Of a stretch of DNA of 64,000 nt, positions 41,416 to 53,613 are shown piece by piece. The position numbers were made by a program, and so were the translations under genes. The stretch comes from Trichoplax adhaerens. Lineage: Eukaryota > Animalia > Placozoa. The notes under the pieces were generated by a model that was not told where the DNA came from, did not search any database, and saw only the letters and a program-made list of their open reading frames with translations. Position 1 is the stretch's first letter, and every line of letters begins with the position of its first letter. The stretch is taken from contig NW_002060947.1 of NCBI RefSeq assembly GCF_000150275.1, forward strand, positions 7,735,880-7,799,879. Reading direction: 5' to 3'.

Positions 41416-42112
41416 TACAAGTTTTAGAGGTACAGTACTCATGGTCTAGTCCGTTCCGGTCTAGTCCGATCCGATCCAGACCAGAGCTACATCGCTGTGC
41501 TCATACTGACAGATTGACCGATTGACTGTACTTGATTGACTTGTACAGGACTTGTACAGTATCTCATTTTAATTAATTAAATTAAAAAGCCAAATTATTC
41601 AGCTTTATATTCGTATAATTTTTATTACATTTTGATTCACTCTTGTGATTTTAGGGCACCTTAAAGTACTCTGATTCGAACTGGTTCACGCTGTACTTGA
41701 TTGATTGATTGAATGTCCAGTACAGTACTGTACTGGAGTCGCTGGTACTGAACTATACTGTACTCTACTGTACTGAACTATACTGTACTCTACTGTACTG
41801 TACAGTGTACAGTACTGTACAAGTTTTAGAGGCACTCATGGTCTAGTCCGACCCGGTCCAGACCAAAGCTACACCACTGTGCTCGTACTGACAGATTGAC
41901 CGACCGTCTTCACGAATTTGATTAATGCTGGCTGATATGGAAAGGTTCAAGGTTGGACTACAGTAAGGTATTGTACTGAAGTCCCTGGTATTGTACTGTA
42001 CACTATACTGTACTATACAAGTTTTAGAGGTAATCTTGGTCTAGTCCGATCCGGTCCAGACCAGAGCTACACCACTGTGCTCATACTGACAGGCTGACCG
42101 ACCGTCTTCACG
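41416..42112. repeat. Three spaced copies of a ~97 bp hairpin-containing element separated by TACTG/GTAC-rich spacers
   Basis: tacaagttttagagg..tggtctagtccgatccggtccagaccagagctacaccactgtgctcatactgacag.ttgaccg at about 41416, 41818 and 42016. Confidence 0.88.
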
Positions 42113-42851
42113 ATGGCTGGACCACAGTACGGTGGCTCACTCCACAAGGGTCAGCGCAATACGCCGTAACAACTTGAATTAATTATAATTAGTACAGTAC
42201 TATACATAGCCACTTTTCGCACATGCAGCTTTACAAGAGCTGATCTCGAGCTATAGAAAACCATGATAAGACTTCAATGATGCAGTGTTTTTACAGTAGG
42301 ATCATATTATAATATTCTACATACATATATTATCAAATTACTACCGTATTACTGAATGTACAAACTACGGTATTCATAAAGTTGTTTATTGTTTTAGAAA
42401 GCACCATCTTTTACTGTAATTATCGTTACAGCTTAGCGACCAATAACTGTGAGAAGCACCGCCCGAGATCGCAGTAAGGGGTAGGCTTATTACCGCAAAA
42501 TATGTCACTACCGATGATCATAATTTATATAATATACAGGACAGTCTATACGCGTAAAGCGAGATATAAGGATCATTATTATTATTATTTTTACGCTTAT
42601 CAATGATGGTATTGCAGTCAATGTGACTTACTCAGAGTAATCATCTTTTACACTGAGTCAGCTCATAATTGCCGACAGTATTCAAAGTTCTGAACATACT
42701 GAAATAGAAGAGACATGACCAACTTCCTTATTTTTCAATTCAACGCAATATGCTTTACCACGACACCATAAGAATACAGCAATATACCTACTCAATATAA
42801 AGAAGCATTAATATTGGACTGCCAACTCTTTCACTAATTTGGAGTATTATA

Positions 42852-43740
42852 AGCTCAGCTAATACATACAAATCTATTGATGAATACTTATTACAAATGA
42901 ATTAACTGTGATTTCAAATTATTACCATGTTATCCGTAAATTAATCGTGATCACGTATCACAAGCTCAGCTAATACATACAAATCTATTCTATGGATGAA
43001 TATTTATTACAAATGAATTAACTGTGATTTCAAATTATTACTATGTTATCCGTAAATTAATCGTGATCACGTATCACAAGCTCAGTTAATACATGCAAAT
43101 CTATTCTATGGATGAATATTTATTACAAATGAATTAACTGCGATTTCAAATTATTACTATGTTATCCGTATATTAATCGTGATCACGTATCACAAGCTCA
43201 GCTAATACATACAAATCTATTCTATGGATGAATATTTATTACAAATGAATTAACTGTGATTTCAAATTATTACTATGTTATCCGTAAATTAATCGTGATC
43301 ACGTATCACAAGCTCAGCTAATACGTATAAATCTATTGATGAATTTTTATTACAAACGAATTAACTGTGATTTCAAAAATTACTATGTTATCCGTAAATT
43401 AATCGTGATCACGTATCACAAGCTCAGCTAATACATATAAATCTATGGATGAATATTTATTATAAATGAACTAACTATGAATTAAAATTATTATTATATT
43501 ATCCGTAAATTAATCGTGATCACATATCACAAGCTCAGCTAATACATACAAATCTATTGATGAATATTTATTACAAATGAATTAACTGTGAATTCAATTA
43601 TTACTATGTTATCCGTAAATTAATCGTGATCACGTATCACAAGCTCAGCTAATACATATAAATCTATGGATGAATATCTATTACAAATGAATTAACAGTG
43701 ATTTCAAATTATTATTATTATCCGTAAGTTAATCGTGATC
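42852..43740. repeat. Tandem array, 8 copies of a 110-116 bp unit
   Basis: aagctcagctaatacatacaaatctat..gttatccgtaaattaatcgtgatcacgtatcac starts at about 42852, 42962, 43078, 43194, 43310, 43420, 43531 and 43641. Copies are highly similar. Confidence 0.96.
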
Positions 43741-44338
43741 GATCGGCATAAAATGTGCTATTGATGGCTGAGACGAGCATGTGCTAGTCCATCCATCCGA
43801 CGTCTGCCAACTGCAATTTTAAAATACAATACGGTACTATACTGCGTATCCTTAGGGTGCACTAGAGCTAGAGAGCGTGTATGAGGTAAAAATAAATTGG
43901 ATCGGTTGAGCGTTTTCAGCAAGGTATCCAACGATTTCCAAGGCTTATGTCCTGATCAAGATTATTTTGCCGGTACCCAATGGATATTTATTTAAAATAG
44001 AATTAATTGAGGTCAAAGACCTGGTAATAGCATTTCAGTTCTCCGGTAATTGATTTTTAAATTGATTAATCCACTTATAGCAACTTCAATTGAAGATAGG
44101 ACGACAGTCTTGAAGCAGACCAGCTGGAAATCAGCGAACAAGCTTGTGGAATCTTTTAGCCTAGTATAGTATATTAGTTGTGCTGGATTACAGACCTAGT
44201 GGATCAACAAAAAATTCTACATATCATCATCTGATGATAGAAACGTAATTGTATTGCTCTTCTGAAGTTCTAATCATCACTCAAGGTCGGCGTTATCATT
44301 ACTGAGGCACCAAATATAATTCATTTGATTTTCAAAGT

Positions 44339-45871
44339 ATGCAAAGTTTTACTCGTTCCGGCTCTTGCCTGCTCATCGTTCTTGTTGTCCTTACCTGGAC
44401 GTCGCATTTAGTGCAAGGTATGAAAGAACATCATTAACTTTTGGTTGATATTTTAGAAAATGAATTGAAATAAGAATGAACAACATTACTGCTATATTAC
44501 CGAGATAGAAATAGATGTTGTTACGTTAGACTATGATACGGCAATAAACGGATGATAAATGTTCTATCGCAGCAGGTGAGGAAATAGGAAGGACTCGTCG
44601 CCATGTGACAGCCAAAGGTATACCCTTGCAGTAGACCATCGCTGCGACGAACTGATTTATTTTACTACACTAGAGTAGAGGACGAGTCATAAGACAACAC
44701 TTTCCAAGTATTTTACACAATAGCACAAGTTAGCCTACTATTTAGCAAACCGTATATTGCATGTAGTAAAGAGAGTTTTCTTTCATGCGTAGGCATAGTC
44801 CATGTTACTGTCAATCGTTTCCAAGATAACGCAAAAGTAACTTGGAATGTTGAAAAACTGGTAGCTCATCCTGGTGTAGCCATCGCGATTAAATATCGCC
44901 CAATCAATTCAAAAAATCAATGGCTAAGTTACAAATCGGACATTAAAACTGTACAAGGATCTGCAACCGTATCTAGGCTTAATCCTCATATACGATATAC
45001 TTATGAAATAGCTGTTTATGAAGACAACTTATTGTACGCCCATAAAGTCGTCTCTCAGGAAGCTTGCACTAATGGATGGTCTTGGTACAACGGAAACTGC
45101 TTTGGTTACCTCAGCAACCAACTTGCATCATGGCAGGATGCAAGAAAATCTTGTCAAAGTTATCGTGGTGACTTAGCTACCGTTTCAAATCAAACTATTA
45201 TGAATGTTATAAACAATTTTTCCGTCAAGAGGCATGCCTGGATTGGTACGTCAAACTATACTGTACGTGTAAACTGGCAATGACAGCAATTCATGACTTA
45301 ATGTTGCAATTAATTCAACTGTAGGTCTCAGGCGCCAGAACGGCAAATTTCAATGGGTAAATGGAGTTAGTTACAATTATTCTTACTGGGATGCTGGACA
45401 ACCTATTTCTAGAGGAAGAGATTGTGTAGCTTTAAACCCCGTCAACCCGAATAAAGGATATAATTGGATAACTCAACTATGTAGCTATTCCTATGCTTAT
45501 ATCTGCCAAGCGCCAGGTATACACTATATCATAGTGTATTATTAATAATTTTATTTCATGTAGAACGCTACGGCAACAGTAAAATTGGGTAATGTATTTT
45601 AGACTAACTAAAATATTATAACCACTTTTCAGAAATGGCTTCAAATCAACCAAACAGAAGTTACACATTATTAATAATTGTAGTTGTATCTACTGTAGCG
45701 GTTCTTGGTATAATCATTTTATGGCTAGCGTATGCACGAAAATATCCAAATTCCGTGTCAGGTCAAGGTCTGGCAAAGTGTCAAGCTATGTGCGGCAATA
45801 TGTGTAGAAAGTCCCCCGATTACGGAAATTCTACCGTCAAGATCACACGCCTGGACGATGAAGCTGCGTAG
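44339..45871 (+). CDS. Type I membrane protein: signal peptide, RTRR site, FN3 domain, C-type lectin domain, TM helix, short cytoplasmic tail (about 335 aa)
   Basis: Exons 44339-44417, 44573-44617, 44793-45245, 45325-45516 and 45633-45871 are all joined in phase 1 and total 1008 nt. Signal MQSFTRSGSCLLIVLVVLTW. FN3 signature AKVTW..IKYRP..SRLNPHIRYTYEI. CTLD CTNGWSWYNGNCF..SWQDARKSC..GDLATV..AWIGL..FQWVNG..YW..DCV..W...C....YIC. TM LLIIVVVSTVAVLGIIILWLAYA. Confidence 0.88.
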
Positions 45872-47617
45872 TATATATATACATATCGGTTATTTACAAT
45901 TTTATTACTCTTCAATACATTACTGCATACCTTTTTATGCTCTAAACTTGAACTATAAACTGAAACGATATAACGATATACAGCTTTAAGAATTTCGCCT
46001 TACGGACTATTTATTTACTTGGCGAGTTCAAGTTGATGTACAAACAAAGGCAACTAGCGCTATTAGATTTCTAAAATAGTAATAATAATATTACTTGCCT
46101 TAGTCACACCATAAAGGGAATATTAATGCTTCATACTATTTATGCACTTTTGAGAAGATTGAATCCATTTTCTAAATTGCTTGTAATCAGTAGAACTCAT
46201 TTTATGCTTGTAAAATGGTCACAACTCGATTGTAGACAATGTGGTGTCATCTTTGCACATTTCGGTCATCGTAAAATATGAAAGATAATTTCTATTAACA
46301 AATGCTTAGACTGAAATTCAATTTGCGTAAGATTGATCTTGAAAGGTAATTTTTACCTAATAAACTAATTTGTAGTAAACATAACCAAAATATTTCACAA
46401 TGGGTTAAGGTAAGCTGAAGCGATCAACTTAACTGATACAATTACACTATCACATTAGATTAAAATTGATATTTGTCGTATAGATTATGATTACGCTTCG
46501 TACTATACATACAACTATAATGCTCTAGGATACTCTTTAAAATGTTTTTAATTTTAAGTAGTTTTGTACGGTATGATATCGTCTACATATACAATAGTTA
46601 AACTTCTTAGTCTTACGAAAGCTTATCGCATTCTTAACCCTAGGAAACTGTAGCTCAATAATCAATTAGTAACCATGTAATGCCCGCAGCAATTATATCA
46701 TTCCACGTGCTATCACTTACTATAGACTCGTTCAAGCGTCCGTTAAGCGTTATTATCGTCATATGCCTTATACAGTCCATTAATATTATAGCCCCATAAT
46801 TAGCCCATAAACGGCTAATTATGATTATATACCGACAGGGAAATTCTACTACCTATACAGAGTTGAGCAAACATAGCAAGTTCCATTTGGCTCTTACAAC
46901 AAAGAATTTTAAAAAGTAGCTAAAAGGAAATTCAGTCTTGAACTTAGATATGCCATTCGTAGTAGTAATAACAAAAGAAATCTCTCATGATCAAATTAAG
47001 TCTTTAATCGTTCATAATAGAACGCGAGCCAATAAATATACTTTTAACAGCATGAAGCAATGTGAATTTTCTAGATAACACTTACTTCCTGCGAAATTTC
47101 ACAGCGTCATCATCATTGCGAAGCAGAGTACAGTAATATACTGTATGTACAGGGCACTGATATTAAAATGATTCCAGAAAAAACCACCAAGTACTAGCAG
47201 AGTAGGCAAATTCCAAGGATAAGACAGCTACACGTGTGTCTAACATTGTAGTCGTATCAATTTCGTTTACAATAAAGGAGATTAGCAAATAAAATTTGAA
47301 AATTTCACAAGTGTTTTCAAATCGCAATTATCAATTAATGCTGATATTTCATTCTCATGACGAGTTAATCGTTTTCATAGCAAGGTGCCGTGTCGCTAAA
47401 ATACGAATTACAGCTGATCATAGAATTTTTTAAACACGTTAAGTATACAGGTAATGCATGCCCTCACTAAACAGTACAATATGGCAACAATATTTGCATA
47501 GCTGTACAACCTGTCGTTCAAATAATATTAAAGACAATTCTCCCAAAGTGTCGAATAGAAATAAATCAGTTTAATCAATTAATCACATTTCCATGAAGGA
47601 GGAAATGAGGAAAGCAG

Positions 47618-50764
<3,147 letters not shown>

Positions 50765-51004
50765 GCCTGTAGAAGAACGCAATGAGAGAGAACTGCTTTA
50801 GGCTAGACACTTGAACAGTCAGTCAACAAGTACGATGGTGCTCGGTTCTAGCTTTCCGATACATGCCAATGACCAGCAAAATCTATGGTTGGATTGTTCT
50901 AGCTAGGAGCAAGCGTTGCCAATCGGATTTCTTTCTTCCTTTTTCCTTCTTTTCTTTGATCATGCGTACACGTGCAGCGCTCTCCAGGCATCAGTCTGTC
51001 CGTC

Positions 51005-51678
51005 TGGTTGATCAAAAGGCAAATTGCATTTGGAGAAGGACATGGCGCACAGACTTCTCTACTTTCAACAAATGGATAGCAGCAATATTGATATCCTAAA
51101 CTACTAGAGAGAGGCTATAGCAAGAGAAGAGGCAGACAACGACTGTTCAGTCTTCAGTACAAAATAATGATGACTATTCTTTATGGTTGACAAAAAGGCA
51201 AATTGCCTTTTGAGAAGGGACTCTGCCCTTACTCTCAACAAATGCATAGCAATATTGATATCCTAAACTACTAGAGAAAGGCTATGGCAAGAGAAGAGGC
51301 AGACAACGACTGTTCAGTCTTCAGTACAACATAATGATGAAGCTGACTTCTTTATGGTTGACCAAAAGGCAAATTGCCTTTTGAGAAGGGACTCTGCCCT
51401 TACTTTCAACAAATGCATAGCAATATTGATATCCTAAACTACTAGAGAAAGACTATAGCAAGAGAAGAGACAGACAACGACTGTTCAGTCTTCAGTACAA
51501 AATAATGATGACTATTCTTTATGGTTGACAAAAAGGCAAATTGCCTTTTGAGAAGGGACTCTGCCCTTACTCTCAACAAATGCATAGCAATATTGATATC
51601 CTAAACTACTAGAGAAAGGCTATAGCAAGAGAAGAGGCAGACAACGACTGTTCAGTCTTCAGTACAAAATAATGATGA
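51005..51678. repeat. Four tandem copies of a ~170 bp unit directly upstream of EMC3
   Basis: tggttga..aaaaggcaaattgccttttgagaagggactctgccctt..gcaatattgatatcctaaactactagaga..ctgttcagtcttcagtacaaaataatgatga at about 51005, 51184, 51355 and 51522. Confidence 0.95.
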
Positions 51679-53613
51679 ATCGCAAAGTTTAGTAATTCAT
51701 GAGTAAGCTCATGACTTGCGTCAACAGTCTATAAGTAAGGAAAATAGAAAGTGCTAGTGCAAACTCCCGTCGCTTTGCTGACGGTTTACGATAATGTGCT
51801 CATTTAACAGATAGTATTACCATTTGTCGTAGACCTGTCAGAGGTTCAGTAACTTTATACCGTGTATGATCTCATGACTTGCGTGAACAGTTTATGAATA
51901 ACGAAAATATAAAGCACTATATAAACTTTAAACTTCCATAATAATAAAATTAGGATCATTCATCCTTCTCCACTACTAATTCTCGTCTCGTAAAAACACG
52001 CATCGTATACGCGTATATTTGGCATAGGTCATATACATGGGCCAAGATATTAAAATGAAATTATCATTAAGCATAAATAAAACTCTCCGTGCGCTATATC
52101 ATCAACACTGCACAAATGTATTAGCTCTACAGTATGCTATAAACGAACTGTATACAGTACTGGAATAAATTGTTAACTGGATGACAATAATGGTAGTGCA
52201 CTAGTCTATGCATTCGATGTGTATAACAACGATAATAATAATTATAGGGAATTATAATTGAGCCAAGTGTGATTAATACAAGCACTCCTTGTCCTCTTCC
52301 ATTATTTTTCTATTCTTTTTGGCCTTTATACTGCTCACTACTACTTGAGAAATAAAAGTAATGAAACGACAGGAAGAATTACTTCAAATAAATGGCGTGA
52401 TTTCTCCCTAAAAACATTTATTTCTCTTTAGTAAACACCTCGTTTTGAAATCGACAACACTAACATTATACACACTATAGAACGAAGTCATGGCTAAGAA
52501 GAGTGCCTTATCGAGGTACACCAATTAGAGCATTATCACATCGAATCGTATGCTTTGCCCATAAATCTTTACTAGCAGATCGTGCACTCGTAATACTCGC
52601 GTAGTCTATACTTGCACTTTTTATTTTTAGTACGTACTGAATAGTACAAACTGACAAAATTATTTTAATAATAAATAATCAATACAACGATTGCGATATT
52701 GACTATTACTGATTGTAATTGCAAGAAAGTGAGTGTACAAGATTTCTTGATTACCATGTTTAATAAGATATTTTGAAGCAAAATATCTCAATTCTGTATC
52801 ACACTGCATTTGCCCGAGCCAAAAATCAATCAAGTGAAGTTCCTGTTGACAGACAGCTACTATAATTAAATGCTAAGACGATCCAGTATTGCCATGGCGA
52901 CTTATCGTTAATTGCACATTTTTAATGATATTAAACTTTAATCCTCCATTTTTAAGCAAATTTGAAAATATCAATAATAGATTTCAATAGCTATCTTTAA
53001 ATGAGGAACTGTGTGCGACATCAGCCCGAAAACACAGTTTACATGATGATTGGCTAGATGAATTGTATTAATTAGATTATTTTAATTAATCTATATATAA
53101 TTAAAATTGTCTATAACCTATAGAATCGCAATTTTATCTGATTGCCAATGACCTAACAAATATAACCTAAATCTGTTATCAACGTATAACTACCTATAAT
53201 TCCGCTAGATTTCCATTCATTTTCTGTTCTTTTAACTCTGCTAGAACTCAATTCCAGAACAAGATACAATTTACAAGATCCTGTGCTACTCTCAACATGA
53301 TTTTTCCTGCTTTTGAATGGATTCCCATACTTTACTGTTAATACAATTTTCTTCTCCTTTATAGTACGATACATATCTCGTATCAACATTTATCATTCTC
53401 AATATCCCTTACAAGGCAAGTAGAGTAAATATCAGTATTCTGGATTGCAAGTTTTCTATGGTAGGTACCATATACTTGTAAGAAGACATGTGTTACTATG
53501 AGTAATTATTAGCCATTGCTTTTCTCAGATTAGGCTAGGTTTGAATCAGATATTTAAAATTACGACTAACAGTTCGGAAAATATACTTTAAAAGTTAAAT
53601 AGAACGAACTATC

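Noticed and set aside
41416-42112. CRISPR-like array (repeats contain GTTTTAGAG, as in type II-A repeats)
   Set aside because: The repeats are ~97 bp, the spacers are 100-300 bp and low-complexity, there are only three copies, there are no cas genes, and the context is eukaryotic. The 9-mer match is coincidental.
51005-51678. C/D box snoRNA cluster (ATGATGA in each unit)
   Set aside because: There is no consistent CTGA D box or terminal stem, and the whole unit is tandemly duplicated rather than only a snoRNA-sized core.
51709-51920. Two diverged ~50 bp direct repeats (similar pair at 57439-57530)
   Set aside because: These are short, decayed local duplications with no TIR/LTR hallmarks or coding capacity.
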